Shown piece after piece: positions 14,435-26,397 of a DNA stretch of 64,000 nt. The notes under the pieces were generated by a model. The model worked only from the letters and a program-made list of their open reading frames with translations. It did not search any database and was not told the DNA's origin. Numbering within the stretch: the first letter of the stretch is position 1; each line of letters opens with the position of its first letter. The translations under genes were made by a program, and so were the position numbers. Source of the stretch: Girardia tigrina (taxonomy: Eukaryota); contig MQRK01227907.1 in assembly GCA_001938485.1 (NCBI GenBank), positions 49,577 through 113,576 of the forward strand, in the 5' to 3' direction.

Positions 14435-14856
14435 AGGAATTCAAAACAAAATGTATTTTGTCGGTGTGGGATTGTTTTGCATTGGCCAAATGTGTTATTA
14501 TGCTGAGTGTCCCAAGTGTCAAACCTGGTACAGTTGAGAGAACACAACGTTCTTTCAGATTTCCATTTGGTCAGGCATTTCAGTCAAATTGCATCGATGA
14601 GATTTCGGATTGTTTTGAGTTTGATATACATATATATATACATATACATATATATATTTTTTAAGACTGTTAGAAAAGCTGTTTGCAGCGCAAACCTCGT
14701 CAAAATTCGAATCCATAAATAAAATTTATTCAATTAAAAAATGTTGCTTTTTTAAATATTCGCTTCTCGTTATTTCTGAATATTTAAGCAAAGTTTTTTT
14801 TTCAGGAGTTTTAATTTTACAATTTTCTAAATTTAACCGTATTATAAATATGTATG

Positions 14857-14901
<45 letters not shown>

Positions 14902-15109
14902 GCGTGTTTTTCTAAAGTGTATTTATTGTTTTTTGTAATTACGACTTAATAAAAAAAATTTTTTTTCCAAAAATAATAATTTGGGCTGGAAAGGGTTAAC
15001 TGCATCAACTGCAGTTTATTGTTTGTGAATTATTACAATTTGTTAGTTGTAGTGGATAATACAAAATTTGAAATTTGTGTGTGAATTATCAATTTTGAAT
15101 TTTGAAACT

Positions 15110-15470
15110 TTTTTTGAATGTCAGTTAATACAAATTGTGGTGGATTTAATATCGATATTCTAGCAAAAAATCAGTTTCTTATTAAAACGAACAAATTAAA
15201 AAATTGTTTAAATAGAAAATTTGATATAAGTAATTTTAAGATTTTGTGTTCACAATTTAATAATCCCTGAGAGGGGGTGATAAATAAAACATTGATGATC
15301 AAATCATTTGATCCTAAAATCGATGTGAAAGCAAAATCTTCATCAACTTTATCGAAAATATTTTTATGATTAAGAAATCACTTAATAATAACATAAAATA
15401 ACTTTCGAATGTAAATTTATCATTGTTAGTTTAATCTGATGATGATGGTTAAAGATATTTATTAAGAACA
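15110..15470 (+). mobile_element. Penelope-like element 3' end (GIY-YIG C-terminus plus truncated hammerhead)
   Basis: DISNFKILCSQF...TLMIKSFDPKIDVKAKSSSTLSKIF is homologous to the PLE fragment at 46.1-46.3 kb. ctgatgatgatggttaaa at 15437 matches the 5' half of HHR6/7, with the 3' half lost. Confidence 0.6.
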
Positions 15471-16815
15471 CTAATATTATTTTCGAAATTTTTACAAATC
15501 AATTAATATTTCCAATTTCAAATTATTAAACTTCGTGTTATTTAAAATATATCTGTTATATCTGTTAAAATATATATGTTATTTAAAAATATATATTTTA
15601 TTTTAAAATATATCGTAAAAATTTTATTAGTTAAAATTGAAATGAATTTTAATTATTTTTAAAAAATATTAAATTGATTTATTCATTTAAAAATTTAAAA
15701 TAAACTATTATAATAATTTTAAATGTAAAATAAATTTAGACATTAAACTGAAATTTAAATCAAATTAGTTCCAGACAGTAAGAATGAAACATCAATCGAC
15801 CTTCTGTGTAATGGAGACACAATCTCAAATCGACACACAACATTCAAACATTCCTCACACCGTCGAAATTAGTAACAATAAATTATCATGATCGTTTTTT
15901 GTATTTTAAAATCAATTTTCCAACAATTTTTAAATATTTATTTTATAATGTTAATCAAATAATAAATAAAAAAATTAAAAAAAATAAAAGTTATATTTAT
16001 AAGAATCGCTTTAATGTAAAGTTTTTGGAAATCTTCATAGAATAAATAATAACCCATACAAATTCGGCAAGTAATTCCCTCCTTTAAGTCAGCGATTTTA
16101 TATATGAACTTTAACATATTTAGAAAATGTAAACATTGAAGATACCGGCACCCCCCTGTAACCATGTGACACAGATATACATTCATCCATCGCAGTCAGC
16201 GTCAGTCTGCTAAGTTTCAAATTATCCCGATATTTATATAAGAATTACAATAAACATCAGGTCTTTGATACAGAAAATAATGTTGTTTTAATATGTTGGA
16301 ATTTGTTTAAATAAAATAAGATTTTTTCCATAATTATTGAAAGAAAATAATTTTTCTCAAGTGGATTATTTATGATAATTCAAATAATTAAATAATATAT
16401 TAATAGTAAAATCGTATTCAAATAAATAAATAAATATTGAATATCTCATTATATATTCATCCAATATAGTATTTTGTTAAAATTTAACAGTCAGTTTTGA
16501 TTTTTAATTAAAAATAAAATAATTTAATTAATTATAAATTTATGCTTTTTATAATAATTACGTGACTTGTCTAAAAATAACTTTTAACATAGTTATATTA
16601 CTTTTCTTACTGGAGCTTGGGACCTTTCAAGACGAGGCAAATGTCCATAGACATAATTTAGGTTTACTTAACCATTGAAAAGTCATTGAAAAGTCAAAAT
16701 TGCGGTTATTGGAACTCTACCAACTTGCATCGCAGGATATTAGTAATTAACTTGTTTCATGTTTAATGGTTATGTACAGTTTAAGAGATTTTTTTCAATT
16801 TATCCTACAATTAAA

Positions 16816-17534
16816 CAGTTCCCTGGAAGGTACTTGTATAGCAACTGTTATTGGCGCCCGGGTCGGTCTTAAGATTTGCCGCCCCGTCGTTGATAGTTCA
16901 TTATCCAGAACCCTCAATGACTGTCTATGCTAAAAATTAAATAGAGTTTTGTAATTTTTAGTCTTAAACTCCTTACTTTTATTTCATATTCTACTTGCAA
17001 TACTCTTATTCTTATAATAAAATTTACGAAGTAAAAAAGTGATTCAAAACTTTACAATTTCAATTGCAATTTACAAGCAAACTTATCGCGCTTTCATTTC
17101 TGTAAATTTATTGATAAAAATATCCAAATTCAGTTCAGCAGCAAGGTCCCTCTCAATGGAAAGGACTGCCAAGTCTATAAGCCTTGATTGACTCATTGTA
17201 GATCGGAAATAGTTCTTTATGAGCTTTATTTTGGAAAATGAACGTTCGCAGCTGGCAACGCTAATAGCCCGGGTAAGAAAGGTGCACAGTAAGATCACAA
17301 TATTATGTTCTAAAAGTCCGTTGATTCCGTCGTTCTCTGAAGCATGGAATAAATACAACAGTCTTCTTCTTTCGTTTTTAACTTTCTGTAATGGCCAGCA
17401 TTTCAGAATCTTAATTCTTGTTAAATTTTTATTCATTTTATTTTATCATTAATTTTTTACCTATTGAAAAATGCCGCCCGAGGCGGACCGACACCCCCCC
17501 CCCGCCCACCGCCCCCATCTCATACTACGCTACT
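16816..17534 (-). mobile_element. Deleted hAT element carrying the C-terminal dimerisation domain
   Basis: ORF 17083-17436 contains SVASCERSFSKIKLIKNYFRSTMSQSRL..LAVLSIE. It ends in a hAT-like terminus (tactacgctact) with GC-rich subterminal sequence. The left boundary is approximate. Confidence 0.85.
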
Positions 17535-18378
17535 CCTTAAAGGATCTGTATTTGTGAAGAATATTCCTTTTCAATTTAATTGTTGCTTAAAATGACTATT
17601 TTATAATGATACATGAAGTTTATGTTTTACCTAATATGATATGTTTGAAAAATATGTATAATTTCAATAAGTATATTATTTAAAAATAGTAATAATGTTC
17701 AATAATATGGTTCAGTTAAAACGAAGAAAGTAAATTATAAGGTCAAAATGAGGTAAAACCCCCAAAAAGAGGAAGAGTAATGTATATGCATTTCTTATTC
17801 ATTTGTATCGTATGGCCAACCGAACGGGGAGGGGCGATTCTAGGATTCCGTCTTTGACGAAAATTAAAGCATTAATTTACTGGAAATCATAATTTATTAT
17901 TAAAACTTCTTTATAATAATATTCCATTAAAATAGATAAATAAACATAAATATAATTTATATATTAAAGACTGTTAGATTTACTTAAATAAATAAAATAA
18001 TTTAAATTATAACTAAAATCATTAAAATTTATTAAATAAATTAAAAATATTAAATGTATAAATAATAAATATAATTTTCAAATATCTCATCAATTATAAT
18101 GATTGTTAAAGAGCAAAACACAAAATGTACATAATATAAATAAATGAATAATCGACCGATTAATCTTGTTCAAAGTTTTACTTTTGAATAAATAAATGTT
18201 TATAATTTATTTGTGTATATATTTGTGTAAATATATTTTTGTAAATATCTTTGGCCATTTGATTTTTGAAATGTTTATTAAGACTTTTAGACTCCTATTA
18301 GGTTCAATAAATTTATCTTTGAATGACTCTTGTTAATAAGTGTCTGAAAATACATAAATATACAATTTATCTCTAAAC

Positions 18379-18606
18379 CAAGGGTTCTCAACCTTGGCCC
18401 ATGGACCTCGAAGGAGTCATAAATAAACTAGGGATGTAATGTAAGATAATTTTAGAACAAGATAAAATAAAAAAAATACAGAATAAAATGCTCAAGTCTA
18501 TTTTTTGTTCGTAAAGTAAATATTTATATCGTTTGCTTAAAATTACGATGTACCTTGGAAATTGATGACCACTATCGTTTTGGTTTAGAGAGGTTGAGGA
18601 ACACTG
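18379..18606. mobile_element. hAT/Charlie-like MITE
   Basis: CAAGGGTTCTCAACC...GGTTGAGGAACACTG, flanked by near-TSD CTCTAAAC / CTCTAACG (NTCTA-type target). Confidence 0.75.
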
Positions 18607-19259
18607 CTCTAACGACACAACAATAAACTGGCCAAACATGAGCGAAAATGTATATCAAAAGGAAGAAGCCCCAAATGCCACAGAATAAGGGTTAAGTATT
18701 CATTTTAATTTCCATTAATCTTGATTCGAAATTTCTTAAATATTTTTATTAAAAGTTTTGTTATCCGAATTTTGCACAATAAATGGTAATTGATGATAGT
18801 GTAAACGGATTAACATTCAATATTTATTGTTAGTTTCTAGAACTTGGACCGATCCGGATTAAATGACTCTGTGTCATTTATATTCGGTGATAAGTAACAC
18901 AGAACATAATACGATCGCAGCGGAAACACTTGTCAGTAAAAATAATTAATAAAGAGATAATCTAAGAATCGTGGGAAGTCTTGAGGTAAATTGAAGTGTT
19001 AATTATGAATATAAATAACAAATTAACAGTCACTGGAACATAAAATAAATTATAGAGCAAACAAAAAGAACAAAAAGAGTTCAAAAACCGATCAACCGAA
19101 AGTCAAACATAAGCTAAAAGTATAATAAACTCGTTTGGTAGTCTAGAATAAAGGTTTCGGGAGTGTGGTGATTGTTATCTTTTGAAATTTGTTGACATGA
19201 TTACAATAAATTCAAAAAGTTATCATTTGACAATGACTTAACACTGTTAAAAATCAGTA

Positions 19260-19825
19260 TTTTAAAAAAAATGAAAAGGCAGAAATTTGAACTAATATGA
19301 AGTGCGAGTTCCTATGTGGAACATCAGCATCAAAAATCATGCTAAATATCATTTCGGATTTGAATTCGGATACAATGCTACTATGCAGCAGACAGTCTCA
19401 AATTGATTTAGGAAATTCATGAAAGGTAATTTTAATATTAATGATGAGTCTCGGCGTCTCACTGCAATGCAGATATACAAAGACGAACTGAAGGTAATTG
19501 GCGATTCGAATCCATCCCAAAGTCTTCATGATTTATCGATAAAATTTGCAGTTACAAAGCAAACAATATTAAATCACTTGGATCAAATTGGCAAAGTGAA
19601 AAGGTTGGATATGTGGATTTCACATGAGTTGAATGAAAAGCAGAAACAAAAACGTTTGAATACTTGCTTGGTGATGATTTCTAATGATAAATGTGATAAT
19701 CACAAACATTTAGCAAGCTAAGTATATACAAATGAAGCATCAACCACAGTCTTAAGCACAACATTCATCAAGAAGCTGTTTGGTTGTCTGCGCAGGTGTA
19801 ATCATCATGACTTGATGAAACCGGT
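19260..19825 (+). mobile_element. mariner transposase fragment, truncated by a MULE
   Basis: KGNFNINDESR...GKVKRLDMWISHELNEKQK (variant of WVPHEL), followed by VWLSAQV.IHHDLMKP. Confidence 0.8.
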
Positions 19826-20815
19826 TGGGTATCAATTGATCGGATACAAATTGGTCGGTTCATATTCGACTGTTAAAATTGACCGGGCTGTCAATTGATC
19901 GGTTGAAAATTGATCAGGTGAAAATAGATCTGGTGAAAACTGATCGGTAGAAAACTAATCGGTGGTTTATTATTTCTTAAAACAGTCACTGCAATCTAAT
20001 AACGTGACAATCTATGTTACTAAATAGTAAAATTTTAAAATTGTTAAAATAATCAAGGACAATTTTTAAACGTTTATTTGAAATATAGTACAGTATAGTT
20101 GTTAGAAATTAAAGTAAGAGGTAAATTTTTGAAGTAATAATAAGAAATTAGTTAACAAAATACAAAATAAGAAAATAACAGACAAATGAAAGTGTAAGAA
20201 TTTTCATACGTTGCTTGTCAGCACTGGAGCATGTGCTGCCCGACCAAGTGTTAGACAGATGAAGAAACAGTGTGAAACTTGATGAGACACTAACCTATTT
20301 TGGGCATACATATGTTAGAAGCAGATGTCTAATAGGCCGCGGTGATAATTATGGCCCTCCGTCATTTACTGTCGAAATATGGAATAAACATGCAGCCGGT
20401 AGTAGTGGTATAGCACGAACCACAAATATCACCGAAGGATTTCATAGTGGATTACAGTCTCTATTTGAGTTTCACCAGCATATCATTTGGACCTTCTTGA
20501 AGTTTATCGTGGCCGACATGCAGAAGCAGAAAGCCAAGTACCTGCATGACGTTACAGATATCACTGAGTTAGTCAATCGTCGCTACCAACGATTTAATAA
20601 AGGTATCAGCGAAGTTGTGGTCGGTTATGGTCGTGTTGAAGTGTTAGTCTACTTTCGTGCGCTAGCTCATCTGTCGTATTCGTAGTAAGGACAAGCATCT
20701 TTGTGATAAAAGTGTTTATTCTTATGTTTGTCATTATATGTTTATGTATTGGTGTAAAGCTTTTGTTTTTATTGTAATATTATTATGTTTATATAAATTT
20801 TCACCCCATCAATTT
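19826..20815 (+). mobile_element. Mutator-like (MULE) element remnant
   Basis: Left subterminal array of about 15-mer aaattgatcggtga units. ORF 20272-20685 (YFGHTYV..IWN..GIARTTNITEGFHS) is a MULE transposase C-terminus. An inverted unit occurs at about 20796-20815. Confidence 0.75.
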
Positions 20816-23199
20816 AGCTTTGTCCTTCAATTAGCCAAACAAATCATTGTTCTTTTTTTATTTACAGGAAATTATTTATTATATATATTAATGAAAATTT
20901 TTAAACTATGATTTATTAAATCACTACACTTTATGTTAAATTTTACTTCAACTTTAATAATATTAAAACAAAAATTATTTAATATTTAATTTTACTTTAT
21001 ATTTAACTTTAAATTTAATAATATTTAAACAAATTAATTTAATGTTTAATATAACACAATGTGATGCTAATTGGAGGGCGGGGCTTATTTGAGCTTATAC
21101 GGTATATATATATATATATAGAAATATATAACAAATGTACCATACCAAAAACAGCACAAAATCTTTTTTCATTTTTTAATGTATATCATTAAATAAAGTT
21201 CTAGAAACTTTTTCGATATAATTAGCACTTTATTAATTGGCAAGCCTAAATGAAGAATATCAGTTAATCTAAGACTTATTTGTTTATATTTACGGATCAA
21301 TTATAAAAACAAACAAATGATAATTTAAACTCTTATAAATTGAATTTAATAAAATTTATTTATATTTAGACAGAGGGAACATAAAAATTAATTTTTTTCT
21401 AGTTCGAAAACATTCAGAATGAAATTTAATTTAATTTAATAAAAAGATATTCATAAATAAAGGATTAAGGAAGGTTTGAAAAGAGTACTCTTAGAAAACC
21501 GTTTTTTATGTTATTAATTCATGAAATATTCACAAATCTGTTGGAAATATAAATAGATGGAAATATTGAAAAAAGGAAATATGGAAAATTTCGAAATTAT
21601 CCTAAAGTGTCAATTCTGGAAAACTATAAAACAAAAAAGCTTAATACTCTAGAGTAATATTTCCAGTTGAAATCGGAATACATTAAATGGACATTGTGGG
21701 GTTCTTTTGTTCACTTGTTTCTGTTGACGCTGCAAAATATTCTAAAAGAAACTCGGAGGGAGAAAATGTTTGTTGGAAAACGAGAAAATATCGATTCAAT
21801 TAAAGAGGCTTTTCCAAAAAATATATTTAAAATTGAAAATTGGTTCCAATTATGCTCAAAGCAATGGAGAATATTTCCCTTAGAAAAATTTTCTACGTTT
21901 TAAATAACCTTACTCATCAAAAAATATTAAATATATTTTTTGAGTATTCCATTAGAGTACACATTCCTCGCAGATATCTGTTGTAGACAATTGTGCGATG
22001 CCAAATTCATCCATTTTTGTTGATTTATTAATTAAGTAATGTTTTAATTTGACATTATTTTTCGTAATAATAAAATAATAATAAAATAATAATAATCAAA
22101 ATTATCAAGCTCATCGATTTTTTTATTTATTAATTTCGAAGGTTTAATCATCATCTTCAAAACAAATGATTTAAAAGAAAGTTGATTACATATTGCAAGT
22201 AAACTTTATGTAATCGATTCGTCTTCATTACACAATTAAAAAATCTTAACAAAGTTGTATAGAGTACATTTGGAACATTAGATTTAGGATCCTTAGATTT
22301 TTTTATATATAACGCTTCACATGGAACTCTCTCGAAATAATTCTTAAATTGAGTGCTCAGAATTTTTAAAATTTGGATATTTGTTTCCCCTTTACACTGT
22401 TTTCTAAGTCCAGCAATATTACTTCCGATTCATATTGACTTTCTTCCTAGATTCTCTTACAAAGATGACTTGAAGTCTCAATCAATGCATGATGCACTAC
22501 ATTCATTACATGTATATTTGTAAACGAGACATGAAATGAATCCGAACGGCTATGTAAATTTATTGCCACACTTTAGTTTTGTAAAAGAAGAAAACCTAAT
22601 TACATTTGATTTATGTTCTAAATCTTCTTCTAAAAACAATAATGTTTAGAATAAAATTGTAAAAATTATATGATAAAATTATTTTATTTATAAAAAATTT
22701 AATGAAAAGAGAAAAAGAAGTTATAACAGTAAATCACAGTTTAAAAATGGAAACTTGGCTTAGAAAATCAACAAATAAATAAGTTACTTTACGTATAGAA
22801 TATGATTCGCTATATTTGGTATTTAGGTAATTGAGTAATTTGATTCAATATTGAAATAGACTAAAAGTATTGTTTTAAAACTGAGATTAACAAATAATAA
22901 TCTGTTTCTGAATAGGTATTGATGAATTTTACAATGATTTGTTAAAAAATTGTCAAATAATGAAAAAGTTTCGAAATAATGATTGAAAAAAATACTAAAA
23001 TTGTTCTGAATAGAGCTTGGTCATTAATAAAATGGTTGTGAGTAGAAATTGACAAATAATTTTCAATTTTGTAGTCAATTTTTTTTTAACTTTTGTACAG
23101 AAAATATTCAGGAGTTAGAATAATTAATTCAAGAACATCAAACAAATCAGGTAATTAATATTAAATTTAATTTTATTGGTAATAATATCATATTTAATA

Positions 23200-23643
23200 A
23201 TGGGCCTCCCATCTCTTTCAAGAATGTTATTGAGCCTATAGGTTCTTTAGATGCTCCACCCAAACCAAATAAGTCTATAAGCACCCAGATAGGCATCCTA
23301 TGAGGACGTTAGCCATTCGCTTCGGCGCACACTTTGGAAATTCAGTGAGAAACGACCAGTCATGGGTAGTGGTCCCATGATTCTGCATCCCTTAGGCTGT
23401 GTACATAGACTTTATACAACCGCGAAACGGGCGTCTGAAGGTTTCTCTCGCAGTTAGATCTGTAAGGTCCAGATGAGTTTCTAAATGACTCGCTTGAGTT
23501 GGGTTGTCTTCTGATATCACGTTCAGTGGTTGATTCCCTTCTTTTGATTGTCTGGGTTAATTGGTTCTGTTCGGAAATATTTGGACTATTTGTTCTTCTT
23601 CAATATTGTACGCTGTTCTGAGATGTCTGATGAGCCATCCTTT
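23200..23643 (-). mobile_element. 5'-truncated non-LTR retrotransposon 3' end with C2H2 fingers (diverged copy)
   Basis: KGWLIRH...FRRPFRGC...GMQNHGTTTHDWSFLT. Shares its 3' terminus ...GATGGGAGGCCCA with the copies at 43.6 and 51.6 kb. Confidence 0.7.
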
Positions 23644-23768
23644 GGTATTTTATTTATAATGATTTAATAATAATATATTTTAAGTAATATATTTAATATA
23701 AATAGTCACCTGTCTAGATGTGGCCGCTTATAATATGACTCATCAGATGGGATTGACAAAAAAATACT

Positions 23769-23800
<32 letters not shown>

Positions 23801-24925
23801 TAATTATGATAAATGTTATGAATAAATAAATATAAATTTATCAATAGATGTTTAATGATGAAAGAGAGACAACATTATACATATATACTTTTTCGGTACG
23901 GAATATTATTTTAAAATTTGCTATATTATTCAATGCTTCAAAAATAGAATTTTTAATATTTTAAAACCTTCTTAATAATGTACAGTTAGAATGTATTGAA
24001 AGTATTAAAAATCGAAGTACTTTGAATTTTCTATTATTCTCACATGTTCTTTGGAAAGGAAACAATGGACCAAATAAACATTATTAATTCTTTAAAAACT
24101 GTATTAAAATATTTTAAAATATTTTAATTAAAATATTAAAAAAATAAAAACTTTTTCCGTTCTGTTACAACATATCGAATTAATTGATAATTCTACTTTC
24201 CCATTACTGGTAGCAATTAATTTAAACAAAAAAATGATAACGGCTTATTAAAACAATTTGAAATTGTCCTACCCTGTAATTAAAATTTTATAAAAAAAAG
24301 AATCGTTTTAATTTCCTCCTTTTGCTGAAGTAATGACGCCTGAGTTGAATATTTTTAATTATATATTAATTAGTAATAAACAATAGAAATTGAATTTTCC
24401 AATTTAATTTTAATTATTAATAAATGAAAAATTAATTTTAAAAAATTTAATAAAATAAAACATATCGATTTTCATAAAAAATTTAGTTTATTTTTTTATT
24501 TTAATTTTGTAAAAAAAAATTTTTGTTTTATATAATAAAATGAACTTTTAAATCAAGATTGAAAAAGAATATTTTTCTGATTTTGAAATTATTCGTTGTT
24601 TTAAAATGATTTTTTAAAAGGGGTATTTGAATATTTATACGAGGAGCGAAATTGATTTCTCTCTACCTTCCTGACATTCCTATACACTTAGTTATATCTT
24701 TTCACAATTACCAGTGTGAGGAATATTTGAATGTTTTGTGTTTAAATGTTGTATGTTGATTTGGAAATGTGTCTCTTCTACCCAGATGGATGATTAATAT
24801 TTTAATTCTTATTATCTAAAAATATGTAATGTTTAAATTTATTTCAAATAATTTTAAAATTTTAAATAAGTTAATGAATTTTTATAATCATTATTAAAAA
24901 GTGAACGCCATTTTTCACAATTTAT

Positions 24926-24970
24926 TTTCGTAATTAATTTCGGCGGATTACCCGCCATCTTCAGACTAAA
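24926..24970 (-). ncRNA. Minimal hammerhead ribozyme HHR2
   Basis: UUUAGU-CUGAAGA-U-GGCGG-GUAAU-CCGCC-GAAA-UUAA-UU^ACGAAA. Confidence 0.85.
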
Positions 24971-25080
24971 TTAACACTGGCTTTTTGCAGCTTATATATG
25001 AGAAAGGTGATTATGCAATCCATCATGTAATAAAGGCTCTATTTGAAAATGTTTAACAGAGAAGTTGAGTGTGAAGCTTG

Positions 25081-25859
25081 NNNNNNNNNNNNNNNNNNNN
25101 NNNNNNNNNNNNNNNNNNNNNNNNNNNNNNNNNNNNNNNNNNNNNNNNNNNNNNNNNNNNNNNNNNNNNNNNNNNNNNNNNNNNNNNNNNNNNNNNNNNN
25201 NNNNNNNNNNNNNNNNNNNNNNNNNNNNNNNNNNNNNNNNNNNNNNNNNNNNNNNNNNNNNNNNNNNNNNNNNNNNNNNNNNNNNNNNNNNNNNNNNNNN
25301 NNNNNNNNNNNNNNNNNNNNNNNNNNNNNNNNNNNNNNNNNNNNNNNNNNNNNNNNNNNNNNNNNNNNNNNNNNNNNNNNNNNNNNNNNNNNNNNNNNNN
25401 NNNNNNNNNNNNNNNNNNNNNNNNNNNNNNNNNNNNNNNNNNNNNNNNNNNNNNNNNNNNNNNNNNNNNNNNNNNNNNNNNNNNNNNNNNNNNNNNNNNN
25501 NNNNNNNNNNNNNNNNNNNNNNNNNNNNNNNNNNNNNNNNNNNNNNNNNNNNNNNNNNNNNNNNNNNNNNNNNNNNNNNNNNNNNNNNNNNNNNNNNNNN
25601 NNNNNNNNNNNNNNNNNNNNNNNNNNNNNNNNNNNNNNNNNNNNNNNNNNNNNNNNNNNNNNNNNNNNNNNNNNNNNNNNNNNNNNNNNNNNNNNNNNNN
25701 NNNNNNNNNNNNNNNNNNNNNNNNNNNNNNNNNNNNNNNNNNNNNNNNNNNNNNNNNNNNNNNNNNNNNNNNNNNNNNNNNNNNNNNNNNNNNNNNNNNN
25801 NNNNNNNNNNNNNNNNNNNNNNNNNNNNNNNNNNNNNNNNNNNNNNNNNNNNNNNNNNN
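25081..25859. other. Assembly gap
   Basis: Run of N. Confidence 1.
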
Positions 25860-25885
25860 TATAAGCTGCAAAAAGCCAGTGTTAA

Positions 25886-25930
25886 TTTAGTCTGAAGATG
25901 GCGGGTAATCCACCGAAATTAATTACGAAA
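25886..25930 (+). ncRNA. Minimal hammerhead ribozyme HHR3 (one stem II mismatch)
   Basis: Same as HHR2 except the stem II 3' strand reads CCACC. Confidence 0.78.
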
Positions 25931-26274
25931 ATAAATTGTGAAAAATGGCGTTCACTTTTTAATAATGAATATAAATTGTCATTATTTTTTAAATTCCTTA
26001 ATTTTTATAATATTTAATAAATAAATCAAATTAATATTTTTTAAATAATTAATTATCATTTTAATTATTATCCAATAAGTTTAGAGTGAATATTTATGTA
26101 AATTTAAATATTTATTTCCCCATTTACTAAAAAGTAATGAGAATTAAAACCATTAATCAATTTCGCTTTGAATGCAAATGTACGAAAGTTTTGACAAAGA
26201 TTGTCTTGAGGACAATCAAAATTGTTGTTTAAATAAAAATATAAAAAATCAAATTGGTGTTCTTAATAACCAGT

Positions 26275-26380
26275 AAAAAAAAGCATTTACAAATCATTTT
26301 TCTAACTAATGGTTAGATAATGTGAGTTTAGGGTTAGGGTTATGATTAGAGTTAAGGTTAATCATTCTCGATTTTTTCTT
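26275..26380 (+). repeat. Telomere-like (TTAGGG-derived) repeat unit, copy 1
   Basis: aaagcatttacaaatcattttt..ggttagataatgtgagtttagggttagggtt. Paralogue at 27079-27193. Confidence 0.8.
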
Positions 26381-26397
26381 TAACTCCTAATCCTTAC

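Larger units (their letters stand above)
24888..25968. mobile_element. Penelope-like insertion with inverted pseudo-LTR ends (interior lies in the gap)
   Basis: 109-bp inverted repeats at 24888-24996 and 25860-25968, each carrying a hammerhead. The minus-strand ORF end QASHSTSLLNIFK* at about 25040-25080 resembles the PLE end at 46.1 kb. Confidence 0.75.

Noticed and set aside
19826-19965. Short-period arrays here and at 31908-31990 as CRISPR-like repeats
   Set aside because: Eukaryotic context, no unique spacers, and both are explained as MULE subterminal repeats.
25043-25895. Long ORFs of about 270 aa in the track
   Set aside because: They consist of N-gap translation. The same applies to the ORFs at 14251-14547 and 42259-42551.
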